Origin: Cenococcum geophilum
Taxonomy: Eukaryota
NCBI GenBank assembly: GCA_050273025.1
Contig: CP158635.1
Location: forward strand, 2,480,001 to 2,544,000
Direction of reading: 5' to 3'
Length of the DNA: 64,000 nt
The notes beneath the pieces are model-generated. The model saw only the letters and a list, made by a program, of their open reading frames with translations, made no database searches and had not been told where the DNA came from. Made by a program: the position numbers and the translations under genes. Numbering within the stretch: position 1 is the stretch's first letter; each line of letters begins with the position of its first letter. Shown here piece after piece: positions 13,275 through 27,576 of the stretch.

Positions 13275-14168
13275 TTGGTAGAAACACGGGCAAAGCTCTA
13301 GGCAGCGGAAATATAGGCTAGCTTTAACGGCCCTATAGCGACCAGGCGACTTATAAGAGGGTCTTAATAGGCGTAGTATACGCAACCTACGCATTTATAT
13401 ATGGGGGAGGCTCTAAGGAAACATAGGCTAGTTATATAAGGACTTAATAGTTAGAGATATAGGCTAGCCTATAAAAAGGGGAGATATAAGCTTAGTTAGT
13501 AGAATAGGGTAAGGTAGGTTGCCTAGCAGGGACCTAGTCTATAACCCGTTCTATAAAATATAGTCAGCCTATTATAAGGAGACTTTTATAGGTAATGCGA
13601 AACGGGAACCTCCCGCGGGGCGTAATACGTAATAGCTACTGCTAGTTTTAGGGACCTTACCCCTTAGCTAGGCTCTAACCCTTAGTGCACCTAGTAAATA
13701 GGTAGGATTACGTCCTAGCCAGAGAGACTACTATATAGCTTAAGAGAATGGATGCGCGTATTAGTGTATTAATAGATAGGACTACTTACTAGGGTAGTAC
13801 GGCTACTCGCTAGGGCAGTACGGCTACTTACTAGGGCAGTATGCTAGTGAGGTACGCTTAAGGAGCAAATAGGAGTTACTTAGGCGGGAGAGGATTTAGC
13901 TAGGCCTTAACCGTAGAAGGTATACCTAGCTATATTATAGGATGCAGCCATAACACCCTTATAGGACTACGCCAGTAGGCGCGTAAAACGGGAGTTACGA
14001 CCCCTACAAATAGCAGCTTATACCCGCGCTGGCGGAAATAATAAAGAGAAGCGTAAAACTAGAGGCTATAAAAGGCTCCTAAGCCGTGCAAAAGCGTACT
14101 AACTTTAGGAGAAAACTTTTATATAGACCGTAGGGGGGCGGACTAGTACTCGGGCTAATCCCGTTATA
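13275..14168. mobile_element. Unclassified retroelement fragment ending in an LTR-like terminus
   Basis: Ends ggctaatcccgttata, resembling the LTR terminus at ~47141-47156; 21-bp tandem repeat (ggctactcgctagggcagtac x~3) at ~13780-13843. Confidence 0.4.
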
Positions 14169-17100
14169 AGATATCTAAAAGAACTAGTAAGAATCCCCGT
14201 GTTAGGTAGTAGTAGCTAACTACTTATAGACTAGGACTAAAGTTATAACGGAACCTTATAGCGGATACTACGGTAGGCTTGTTAATAGGCTAGGTGTATA
14301 GGTAATATAAATTAAAGTTAACAACGTAATAATAACTAGTAAAGTAGTTGCCTAATAGATTAACTCTAATTATATTCTAAGAATTACTATAAGGAAGGAA
14401 CTATTTAGGTAGGGACTAAGGGTCCTTAAATATATAACTATACTCCTATAAAATCCTTCTTATATATAATATACGTATTATATATATTATACGTACGTTC
14501 CCTTTATATACTATATATACTATATATAACGTTATATAACCTTAGTTACTATTCCTCATTATATAGCTCTATCGGCTCTATCCTAAACCGTGCTTATATT
14601 AACTAACTAGCTTCTTCTAACTCTTTTCTAAGTAGTTGTAATATTATACTTAAAGCGTCTATAACACTATCTCCCTTTTCTTTATTTTTGTCCTTAAAGA
14701 TTCCTAATATCTCTAAGTTGTTTACTAGAGGTATAATATCCGTCGAATTAATTTGGTTAATATTATTACTTATTATACCTAAAGCAATTCTCTTCTTCGC
14801 AAGCGCAACGTCGTGCTTATACTATTACTGCGATATTATCTCTTAGTAAGATTATACTATCTTTATATTCTTATTATTTAAAAGAGGGGTTAGTTTATAT
14901 TATATTAGCAAACCTATCTTTATAATAACCGTCCTCTTACTTAAAGTGCACTAAAGCGAATATTTATTTGTTTTATAACGTTTACTCCGTCTCTAATATT
15001 AAATATACGCGACTTATTATCCTTAATAGTCGTTTAGTTCCCTAGTTAACTTATCCTAGGGTCTTATATTTAATCTGCTGCTATATAGCTAAATAGTAAA
15101 CTAACTTAAGCTCTTACTAAGTTAGAATATTCTTATAATGTGGAGTAGAAGGCCCTTAAAGCCCATATCGCGGCGTCCGCTCGGTTACTCCGTCTTAAAA
15201 AGGTTTATAAGAAGGTCCGTTTTAAGGAGTAGAAACTTAGCAATAAAAAAACGGATTCTTTTTTAATAGAGAAGGAAATAAATCTAAGTAATTCGGTAAC
15301 TGCTCTTCTTAGGTCCCCCTTAGGCAACTTATTTTTTAATAATCCTTCTTTATTAATATTACCTAACCTAATTTCTTCTAATACTCCTATACCTTTCTTA
15401 TAGCATTCTTTAAATTCTATAGTAGCTTCTAGGTAGTCTTAGTATAGCCTATCCACTTAACCTTATACTATATTTTATTATTAACGTCCTTATAACTAAC
15501 GATCTTTAAAACTTACTATTTATTTTCTTCTTATCCTCTATATATGTCTGCTTTATAAACTAGTAGCTTAATATTCCTATATACTAGCTCTAGTATTATA
15601 ATATACTATATAGGGTAGATCTTTATTTTAGCTAGTAGGTTTAACTTAAATATAACTAGTAAAATCCTTTATATAATTTTAAAAGGTCTTAGTTTAACAT
15701 AGTCTAACTTTTTACTTAGTCGTTAACTCTTAAAATTTCTATATAGTAGCTATACTTTATCTCCCTCCTTAAGATCTAGTCCCTTAGATCTCTTAATATT
15801 ATAGTACTTTTTTATTCTCTCTTATACTTTCTTTACTAATTCTATAAGGTCTATATAAAGATTTATTAACGTCTTTATTCTTTCTTTAGCTATACTACTT
15901 ATTTTCTTTACTTATTATAGTAATAACAATATTCTTAGCTTATATCTATAATTTGCCTTAAATAGTAATATGCCTATTCCTTCTTAAGGTATTATATTAT
16001 ATATAAACTATATAACTAGTAATAGCAATACCTAATTATTCTATATATAATTAATATAATACCTTAGATACTATTTTAGCGTCTAATTTAGTCTTTCCGT
16101 TTAACCGTCTGTCTATAAATAATATATAGTAAAAGTTACTACTCTAACTCCTTACTCCGCTAAGAATACCTCCTAGAATGCTGCTATAAATCTTAAATCT
16201 CTATCTAATATAATTTTACTTAGTACTCTATATCTTATAAATACTTCTTTAATATAGATTCTAGTGACATCTTCTACTAATATTTCTTCTATGCATGCTA
16301 TAAAGTATCCCCACTTTATAAGCTTGTCTACTATTACTAAGATTATATTATAATCTTATCCAGTAATAGGATCTCTTAACTTTAATATCTTAACGATAAA
16401 GTCCTATAATATAACCCCCTATAGTCTTTCTAGTATTTTAATAGGTTATAGCCTTCCGTATAGCTTATACCTTATTAATTTATTTCTTTAACAATTTAGA
16501 TATTCCTTTATAACCCTTTACGCTAAGCCCCAAATTTTATTAATAATATACTCCTCTTAGAGTCTTAACACTAAGCCCGTGGCTCTATTATATCCTTAAG
16601 TTATTCCCTTATAGAAGTCTTTTATAAAATGCTCCGCTATACTTCTTAGGATATACTTTACTTCTCTATATTTATATAGTATCTCTTTTTCTAAATATTC
16701 TAGCTATTTTTTTAACTATATTTTAAAGATCTTTTATGCCTAAAAGCTCTCTAATATCTTATAGATTCTTTCTAGTTTATTATCCTCTTAAGTTATTACG
16801 ATTTTCGGATAATTATACCTAATTAATCTGTCCATGTTTTTTCGCAGTAAAGCCCCTAATGGCTTTTTGTTATTTTATAGTTTAGCCTTTTAACTTAGAG
16901 CGTCTGCTTATATATTGTCTGTGCCTTTAGTATACTAAATCTTAAAATGGTATTTTATAAGCATCTCTACCTATCTAACCTATCTTTAATTAAGTTCCTT
17001 TATTGTTAGGAACCCTATTAGGTTTTTATAGTCCGTCTTAACTATAAATAGTCTTTTAATACCTTACAAGAATGCTCTCTATTTCTTTAGTGCTATAACT

Positions 17101-20100
17101 ATACCTAATAACTTCTTATTATAGATGTTATAGTTTAACTCCAGTGGTGTTATCTTTTAACTATAATATACTACTAGGTGATATCTATTTTAATATTTCT
17201 ATATAAAGTATACCCCTAGTATAAAGTCTAATATATCTGTTTCTATAACCGTTTCTAGTTCTAGTTAATAGATCTTAAGAACTAGCTCCTAGGTAAACAA
17301 CTTTTTAACTTTTTTAAATAATTCCTATTATTCCTTTCCCTATACCTATAGTTTTTCTTTCTTTATTAACCGCGTAAATAGTTTAATATCCTTTAACTAT
17401 TACGCTATAAACCTTCTATAGTAGTTATAAACCCCTAAAAACGATTTTAATTATATAACGTTCTTTAGTTTTTACCAATTTACTATAGCCTTAATCTTTT
17501 TTAGATCTATGCTAAGTTGGCCTAGTTTAATAATAAATTTAACAAAATCGGTCTTCCTTATAAAGAACATATATTTTTTAATTACTACTAGCATCTATTC
17601 TTTTTATAGTCTCTTTAAGACCTATTTAACGTATTCCCTATATTCTTCCTTAGTTATTAAGTAGATAATAATATCGTTAAGGTATACCATAATAAATTTA
17701 TCTAAGTGCTTTCCTAATATATTGTTAATACGCTTTTGGAATATTACTAGTACGTTTATAAGCCCAAATTATATAACTAATAGTTTATATAGTCCTTCCT
17801 TTAACCTAAAGGCTGCCTTTTATTTATCGCCTTCCTTAATCCTAATCTAATAGTACGCCTATCTTAGATCTATCTTTATAAAGATTTATACATTGCCTAT
17901 TCTATCTTAGATTTTACTAATTAAGGGTAAAGGATACCTATCCTTTTTAGTAATGCTGTTTAACTACCTATAGTTAATACACAGCCTTAGCTTGCTATTC
18001 TTCTTTAGTATAAATAGTACTAGATAACCTACGAATAACTATAATAGTCTAATATATCCCTTTTATAAGTTTTCTTAGACAAACTCTTTAAGTGCTTTAG
18101 ACTCTTCTTTAGTAAGCTTATAGGTTAGAAAGAACCTTAGACTTATTCCTAGTTCTAACTCTATCTTATAGTCCTATACTATATAATCTACTAGCTTTTT
18201 ACTTTCTAGGCTCTATAACTTTTTGCTATATTTATAGTATCTCTTTAGTATATAACTTAAGCCTCGCTTAATCTCCTTATATATTACTCTAACGTAGTAC
18301 TATATTAACTTAGTTTACTATTATACTTTATAGCGTTAAGTATCTTTAATATTAACTTAACCTATAATCTAATTAATCTTTAGATTATATTTTTATAATT
18401 AAGGCATCCTTAATACTACCTTATCCCGTCCTAATGGTAGGATATTAAAGAATATCTTAATTTGTTTTCCTTTAATGGTTATTTAAATAGGTCCTATTTT
18501 AAGGTTAATAATCCCTCCTTTATAGGCTATTAGATCTCCTAAAATTATAACTAATAGGTAAAGTTACTCCTTTTATCTATAAGGTAATCCTATTCTCTTA
18601 ACTGCTACTAGTAAAATATAGTTTCGCGTTACTTTACTATCTATTACTGCTTTAAACTGCTAATCTTACTATTTAACTTATAAATTTAAGTGTTGTCTTT
18701 AAATTCCTTTAAGGGTTTAAGGCTCTACTACTAGCTCCCTTTAGTTTTATAGGCCTTTACTTTTCCTAACTATTAGCTACTTAATTCTTATATACTTGGC
18801 TCGCTCTTTAGCTAATGCCTAGTTCGCTTTTTATCTTCTATATACTATAAATACATATTCTCTAGGCATTTCTACTACTATTGTCCGTTTAAGAATTCTT
18901 CCGTAAGGAATCTTTCTAGTTAAAGTATTAAGTCTTCTAACTCCTAAACTTTTATTAGATACTAGCCGTATATATACTTAGTATTTTTATACTAGCGCCT
19001 AATATATCCTTATAGGGTATTTCCAATTCTTTTCCTTTGGATTTTTATATATCTTATATATATTATCCATATATATAATCCATAATAGCGTATAGTATGC
19101 TAGGTGCTTTAGGTTAACTCTTAACTTATTTTTATCTTTAAGTTTAAACCTTTATTATGTTAATCTAAACGTTATAACTTTATTCGTAAGTACTAAGATA
19201 CGCCTTTCGCTTCTTTAGTCCTTTAATTATTCCTCTAGATCCTTTAATATTATAATTAAGGCTCCTTTAATATAAGTTATAGCCTTCTTTATAATCGGGT
19301 GGTTTTAGATAACTTTTTTATCTAACTATATATAGAAATTTTCCCACTTATCGTTGTGTCGCTGCCTATACTACTTTTAGTATAGCTATTAAAGTGTATA
19401 TAGCTTGTCCGTAAGGAAGTATCTTCTTATTACTATATCGTAACAGCCTTTTATATATTGTTTTTTAAATCTAATAAGGATCTCTAGATCCTCTTCATTT
19501 TCCAGTTTAATAAGCTACTTAGCTCTTAGTATACCTACCCTAGGCCTATTAGTAATTCTTTATACTAGTACTCTGTCCCTTATATAACCTAATATACTAG
19601 ATCTCTTATCTAGTTTCAGTTCTTACTATACGATAATTCTCTATCTAAATTCTTATATAGTTTCTTTTGGTTTACATCTTATAGATAGATCCTTAAAAAT
19701 TTCTTACTTTTTAATCTTGGTATTAATATTTTAATCCTATTACTAAGGTTTACTTATAATTTCTTTAATAGTCCTTATTTTATTGCTAAAATCTTAGTCC
19801 TATAAGATTCTTAGTCCTAAGCTTACTCCTATCTTAAGCTTTACTCTAGCCTTAGTTTAACTAGGCTTACTTAGTATTCTTATCTTATTTTAAGAGTTTT
19901 AAATCTTACTTATCTCGTCTTAAGAGTCTTATACCTATGGGAAACTTTATCCCAAGCTTATTTATATATTACTAAACTAAGCTATTACTCTACTCTATCG
20001 GTTATCGTCTATTATAGGTCCTTAAGCTTACCTTATTTTATCTTAAGAATCTTAGTTATCTCGCATCTTATCTTAAGAATCTTAAGCTTTTAGCCTTTTA

Positions 20101-23100
20101 CCTTTATTAAATACCGAAGTAGTTCGCTACCCTACTTCTCTTGCATTTCGCGAAGCAATAAATATCGTGTCTAGTAGGGTCTTAATCCCTACTAATATTC
20201 TCTATTCTGTAGTAAAATTATCTTTTACCTCTTATATAACATTTCTAAGGTTTATATATTCCTAGTAAACCGCCTTTATCGCCTTATTATTATAAAATGT
20301 TTCGCCTATGTCGAATTTATTGTCCTTAATATCCGATCTGCGAACTAGTTTGTTAGTTCCTTTATATTCTGCTAAGTATAGCTCCTATAGCTAATAGCTT
20401 GCGCTATACTTAGCGTCCTTATAAATTTAGTATATGTTATTATAACAAAACGTAAAACTTTTAATTAAACATTCTTTTGTTCCTCGCAGTATATTATTAT
20501 CCCTCTATACGTATATATTGTCTACTAGTCTTATCCCCTTTACTATATAGTAATTCTAACTACTTCTATAGTCTCTAGCGTAATAACCTTATTTCCTATA
20601 ATTTATATAAGCTCCCTTTTTAAACTATTTTTTTACTATAAAGTCCGCCTAAACGTCTTCTACTGCTAAGATCCCTAATTCGGCCTCTACTCCTTAGGTC
20701 TTTAATTACTTAATCCTTACCCTCTAGGATTCTATAATTTCCTATTTTATCTTTTAAATTCTTTAGTACTACTTAGGTCTATTAGCTCTGCGCTATATTA
20801 TAGTTTTTAACTTAGCTTTAGTTATTACGTACTTTACGCCTTATATAACTATAGAACTCTATCCTAGCCTCTTTTAGCCTGCTCCCTTTAGTAGATCTAA
20901 TTACTAATCTTAATTGCCTAATTTATTAGTTCCCTTAGGGTTTCCGCATCTTCTATTAGGATAATTACGTCCTAGACTTTAGCCTTAAGTCCTTACTTAT
21001 ACTATGCCATAAGCGCCTTATTATTCTACTTAACTTATATCGCTAATGTCTGGAACTGCGTTATATACTTAATTGCTAAGGTTTATTACATAATATCTTA
21101 GAGTTTTCTTTCCGCTATAGTTACCGCCTTTAGGTCTCCAAATATTTATATAAATCGCTCTGTAAACCCTTTCTAGCTTATAAATATAAACCGTACTTCT
21201 TAATTAGTAGTTGTTATTCTATTCGCCTATATTTCCGTAAGGTAAGGCTTAAACTACTTAAGTACTCTTCCTAATAGGAATAGTCCTATATACGCTATTT
21301 AATCTATAGGTATTAATAGCTTTGCTTCTTTTTACGTAACCTTAAAGTGCATTTATATAAGGAATCCTTTAAGTTTTAACCTCTCTCCCGAATATCTTTT
21401 AATTAATAATAACTTAATCTTTACTGCTCTTATCCTATTAATCCTATTTTCTAACGTTATATTATTTTTTATTAGCTAGTTAACTATCTCTTATAATTGT
21501 CTAACTGTTATAGGTTGCTATAAGTTAGTGTTTGCTATACTAGTGTCGTTACCTAACCTTAAAGTAGTTGCCGCCGTCAATAGCGTTATAGTAGCTGCTT
21601 TTGGTGACATATTATTTAACTTTCTATATTTAATACCGTAACTAGGTAGTGATTATATAATAGAACCTTGTAGCAGATACTACGGTAGGCTTGTTAATGG
21701 GCTAGGTATATAGGTAATGTAAATTAAAGTTAACAATGTAATAATAACTGGTAGAGTGGTTGCCTAATAGATTAACTCTAATTGTATTCTGAGAATTACT
21801 ACAAAAAAGGAACTATCTAGGTAGGGATTAAGGGTCCTTAAATACATAACCGTACTTCTATAAAATCCTTCTTATATATAATATATGTGTTATACGTGTT
21901 ATACGTATATTCCCTTTATACACTACGTATACTACGTACAACGTTATATAACCTTAGTTACTATTCCTTATTATATAGCTCTATCGGCTCCATCTTAGAC
22001 CGTACTTATATTAACTAACTAGCTTCTTCTAACTCTTCTCTAAGTAGTCGTAATATTGTACTTAAAGCGTCCGTAACAAAAGTACTAGAAAACTGAGGTA
22101 GAGGCCTAGATAAGTAGGTATGTTAAACTCTACTATATTACTAGCTAATATATAACTACCTGCCTATTTAGCTAGTAAGGGGATTTCTATTAACTTTTAC
22201 TGGGTTTCTAGCCACCTAGAAATCTATAGGAACGAAATAATAAATAAGCTAGCTAAAAAGGGCCTCTTTAGAAGAAAACTATATATTTTTTTATACCTCC
22301 CTAGCCTATATAGGGAGAGCAGCAAAAGAAAAGATACTAGAACAGTGGAAAAATAACTAGCAGCAGAATAAGAATAAAGGAAAACACTATACTAGGATCT
22401 GTAAAGGAAGCCATTCCTTTTCTCTTAAAGCCCCTAAGGATAAATATCCTAAAAGGCTACAATTAGCTTTCTTCTAGCTAAAGCTAGGAAAAGGCTATTT
22501 TAAATCCTTCTCTAAGGTAATAGGGAGGGAGGACGAAGATAGTAGATACTTTAGGGAATATAGAGTACTATAAACTCCTAGGCATTTATTACTAGACTGC
22601 AACCTATATAGAGAAGAAAGAAGAGAAATGCAAAAGAAACTAGGCTCTTCTCTCTCTCTAAAGAAGCTATTTTGTATATAAAAAGGAAGAGAGGCGCTTT
22701 TTCTATTTCTAAGTAGGACAGAAATAGCTACTAGAAAGTGGCTAATAATAGCAGGATCTATAGAGGGAGGTAACTCCTATTAAGCTCCTAGTAAAGAGAT
22801 ATTAGTAAGCAAAAGGATAGAAATAAACTATAAAAGGATAGGGATAGGCGTTAGGATTTCTCATTTCTTATAGGTTTCTACCGTTTTCTCATTCCCTAGT
22901 AGTTGCTTATAACTTAGTATCTTACTAAGAAACTATAAACCCCTAGTTTAGGGGCTTATAAACTACTAGGATATAGTTACTAGTATATATTAAGCTGCCC
23001 TAAGAGATTCATATATATAGGACTATAGCGCTATAGCCTAGAGGCTGTATGCGCAGTATTGTACGTAGTATAATATAACGGATAAAATAAAATAAAAAAA
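14169..23100 (+). mobile_element. 3' part of a Tad1-like LINE (RNase H, CCHC finger, A-rich tail), split by copy A2
   Basis: deRIP HWVPGHLEIYGNEIADKLAK at ~22198-22260; C..C...QTPRHLLLDC at ~22545-22600; tail aaaataaaataaaaaaa ending 23100; flanks rejoin across TSD AAAGT. Confidence 0.75.
14244..22078 (-). mobile_element. Pyret-like Gypsy copy A2, full length, RIP-inactivated
   Basis: 423-bp LTRs 14244-14666 and 21656-22078; 5-bp TSD AAAGT (14239-14243, 22079-22083); reverse complement of A1; gag ATG at 21610. Confidence 0.95.
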
Positions 23101-23149
23101 CACCTAGTATTTCTACTATAAATACCTAATATTATTTTTCCATGTTACT

Positions 23150-24400
23150 AACCCTACTAGCCTATAATAAGCCTAACCTATCCCCTATATATATATCGCA
23201 ATAGTAATTAAATTTAGTAAAATAGTAGGGAAAGCGCAAGTATAGATATAAGGATTAGGTGTTAGATACTAGGAGCGAGCTAAAGACGGTGTTAATATAT
23301 ACCACCCTAATAAGTTTACTAAAAAAAATAGGTATAAACCTTAGACTTTATTATCTAATCCCCTTAAGTGTTTTAAAAATACTAAATAAGTTATAAAAAT
23401 ATCCTCGGATATATTATTCTAAAACTCCCTTACCGAATAGCACGCTAAAGGGCTCTAATATTAAGCTATTTACCTTTATATATAGTAATCTATTAAACTA
23501 GTAAGTATTCTAAATAACGTAGTAGCTTTAAGGAGTATAATCTATACTATGGTTATAGTTACCTTTGCCATTTCTATTATAGGTTAAGACATAAAGTAAG
23601 GGCTCTTTTTTAACTAGAAGAGGTTGTTTAGGATAGCTATAGGTTAAGTATCGCCTTAGTATTAACTCGTTTACCTATTCTACCTATTTTAATACACATA
23701 GAGTACGAGTTATTAAGTAAAGGTAAGGGTGCGGAAATAAAGGGTAAGTAATTATATTATTCTTAGCTAGTAGCGCAGACTATAAATACAAGTTAGTAAC
23801 GCTAAATTAACTTTAAGCAGTAACATACCTATTTTTCTTTATTCTATTATAAATAAAAACCTATCCATTTCTTATAGAAATATATCCTTAACTATACTGC
23901 GCTATTTCTCTTTATTTATAAACTAAATTTATCCTCTAGCTATCTTATTACTAATATAATAGTAAAGCGTTTTACTCTTAGGGTTAAAGTTAATATCCTA
24001 GCCTAGCATGTCTATAAATATATTAAAGCTTAAATTATTAACGTATATATTTAGGACATTATTTTTACTAGTCGGTAGCTTTTAGGTTAGAATAATTATT
24101 AGCTTTTCGTTAGCTGCCCGCTAGATTAGTATTATTATTATTCTATATAACCTTAGTATTCCTTTCTACCTTATTATCTTTTATATACTAGCTAGTAGAT
24201 AATACGCAATAGCAGAGTATAGGAGTACTAGGTTACTTATTATAATTTACTTAGTAAAAGCCGTTTTATTTATTTAACGTATTACGTTATAGCTGTAGCG
24301 CTAAGCAAGTTATTTAATATATTTAGTATATAGGTTTTTAGGTAAACCTAAAAACATAAATAAGAATTTGTTAGAGAATTTGTTTAATATTTACTATATT
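23150..24400 (-). pseudogene. RIPed intron-containing gene relic, unknown product
   Basis: Minus-strand block VDMLGQDINFDPESERF...EEKWRSAVKDVFLQEMDGFSF (~23850-24015), followed by GTATGT...CTAAC...TAG intron; boundaries uncertain. Confidence 0.35.
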
Positions 24401-24639
24401 TATACCTTACTTATAAGGGAGCGTAGTAGCTATTTAAGAAGCCCACACGTTAACATTTTTTATTTAATATTATAGTAGATCGTATTATATTATTTATTTA
24501 TAACCCTAAGATCTCGCTTAAGAGTGTCTTTAGTATTATAGCTTAGGTCTATTATTAATGCTATAATTTTAAAAGCGTTAATGGAGGTGTAGTAAAAAAA
24601 AAGATGTTTTAATTACGCGCTAAGACCGATATATAGGAT

Positions 24640-26474
24640 TATATAGATAGGCCGTGTTAAGACACTAAACCTCCTTAATTAAATGTATTAGTGGCTAGGT
24701 ATTTTATAGTTTACGGCTACCTTTATAAGAGACTACGCTCTTTACTTCCGTATAAAGACTCTATGCTTAGCACCGCCTGGTTTCCTAAAACTACTAGAAC
24801 TACTAATCCGCCCGTAAACCAATATCTCTATTAACCACGTTATTAACCTACCTAAGTGCCTTTATAATGGCAAAATATATAAATATATCTTTATCGTTAT
24901 TAACCGCCTAATAAAGATAAAACACTTTATTTTTGTCACTAGCCTAAATACTAAGGAGCTTATTAAAGTATTTATTTACACTATTTATAAGTTACACGGC
25001 ACTCTAAATACCATTATTTTTTAATAAAGGCTCTTTATTTATTTTTAACTTCTAGCGTCGCCTAAACTAGCGCCTAAAGGTAACCTTAAGCCCTAGCTCT
25101 ATATAGTACCCTAAAATAGATAGTTAAACTAAGATTATTAATATAGCAATAAATAAGTACCTATACGCCATTATAAGCTTCACCTAAGATAACTAGGTAG
25201 ATTAGCTCCCCCTTACCAAGTTTATTATAAATAACTAGATTAATAAGACTACGGGAATCTTACTATTCTTTATTAACTATCGCTATAACCTACATCTAGG
25301 TATTAAACCAGTAGGCCCCTAGCTATTAGCCCTATCTATATACGCAAAGAAGAAGTATTTATAAACTAATACTATTGCTAACCGCTTTAAGCGCATCTTA
25401 ACCTAACTTAAAGCCCTAGCTTATATCTCCTAGCGACGCTATAAAAATAACGCTAATATAAAACAAGATAAAGGTATAATATTTAAAAAGGATAATATAG
25501 TTATAGTTAGCCTTAAAAATATAAAGACTAACCGGCCTAAGAGAAAGTAGGATAATAACTAGGACGGACCCTAGCCCGTTCTAACTACCTATAAAAGAGC
25601 AATTATAGTTAACCTCTTAGACTACATCCGTGTTAATAAGTCTTTTTATACTTTAAAAGTCCGCCTTTAGTTCCCTAAAGAGATCTCCGGTTAAGTATAT
25701 ATTAACAAAGAGGAACGTTATAATATTATAGGCAGGATAGCCAAAAGGGATAATAACGGCAATATTATGGACAAGTGGGAATATAAAAAGATTTTTAATA
25801 TATATAATAAACAAATGGATAAGTACGGCTTAATATATTATATTAAGTGGAAGTATTATAATAAGGAAACCTAGGAACCTAAGAAATCCCTAAAAAGGTA
25901 TAAGCGCGTACTACTAAAGTTTTATAAACAATACCCTAAAAAGCTAGGACCCCTAGACTGGGTATAAGATAAGAAATAATTACGCGAAAACCGTGGCCGA
26001 CTATAAAGATAATTTATAGTAGTTAAGATCTTATAGAACTTTAACCGCCGGTTAAAGTTATCTAATTAGTTAGTTTTTTTTTGCTAAAAAGCGCTATATA
26101 GCGGCGGTGTGGAGTTCTGCCGACTTTATTTATTAAACTAACTAATTGGGATTTTCTATGCCCGGTATAGAAAATCGCTATTAGCTTAGTTAAGAGTGGT
26201 AAGTAAAAGTAATATCTTTGCAGTAAAAATAAGTTACTTATTTAGTTTAGGGACTAAACCTTTAGGGGAGGGGAGTACTATTACGGCACTAACCTAACGT
26301 ATACTGTTTTATACTATCTTGTACTATCTTATACTATTTCCTACTATTAGCTAGCCTACTACTAGCGCCTTAGCGGCTGACCCTACTATTTATATACAAT
26401 ACCCCCTTTTACCTTCTTTTCCTCTTTATACCACAACGTAGTTATTTAGTCTACTTTATTACAGCACCATAACA
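24640..26474 (+). mobile_element. 5'-truncated Gypsy chromovirus (family B): integrase, chromodomain, 3' LTR
   Basis: deRIP YWWPGM..C..C..K...APPGFLKPL..P.RPW.DISID (~24687-24835); chromodomain ~25775-25950; PPT ~26264-26275; 196-bp LTR 26279-26474 (tattacgg...ccataaca). Confidence 0.85.
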
Positions 26475-27576
26475 CTTAGCTATACCCCGCTCTGTAAATA
26501 ATCTATTACTAAGTTATAGGCCACTAAGTAGTACCTTATTAATAACTTAGTAAAGAGGTTTATTAAGCCTAGCTAGGCCCCTTTTACCTCCCCTATTCTC
26601 TTTATAAAAAAAAGCTAAATAGAGGACTTTATTTCTGTATTAACTACTATAAGCTTAATAATATAACCCGCAAAGACTGTTATCCGTTACCCCTACTTAA
26701 TAAGACACTAGCCTAAATAAATAGAGCTAAGGTATTTATAAAGCTTAATATCCGTTAGGCTTTCTACTAAATTAGAATAAACCCTAAATCTATAGATTTT
26801 ACTATATTTCGGACTTAATATAAATTGTATAAGTATAAAGTACTTCCTTTTAAACTAATTAACGGACTAGCTACGTACCAACGATATATAAATAATATAC
26901 TCTTTAACTACCTTAATAACTTCTGCACGGCCTACCTAGATAATATTATAATTTACTCTAAGAATAAGTTAGAATATAAGGAGCACGTCTATAAGGTCCT
27001 ATAATAACTCTATAAGGCTAGCCTCTAAGCTAATATTAAGAAGTTAGAATTTAGTATAAAGTGTATAAAGTACTTAGGGTTTATTATTAGTATGGACGGA
27101 ATTAAGGCTAACCTAGAAAAGATAGCCGTAATTAATTAATAGGAACTACTACGGACCGTAAAAGGGATATAGTTATTTTTAGGCTTTTATAACTTCTACT
27201 AACGCTTTATTAAAAACTACAGTAGAATTACTTAGCCCCTTAGCCGCCTTACTATAAAGGACCGGCCTTTTTACTTTAACACCATATATAAGTAGGCTTT
27301 TAATAAGCTTAAGAAATAACTAGTCTCTGCTCCCTTACTTATCTACTTTAACCTAAAACGGCCCTTAATACTAGAAACGGATACCTTAGATAGTATTATT
27401 GCTAGTATTTATTCCCAAAAGTAAACGGACGGAGAATAGCACCCTATTGCTTACTACTTAAGACTATAATAGATGCTAAGCTAAACTACGTAATCCATGA
27501 TAAAGAAATGTTGGCTATTATTTCTAGCTTTTAGCACTAGTAAGTATAGCTAAAAGGGACCCCTAAGCCTATCTAG

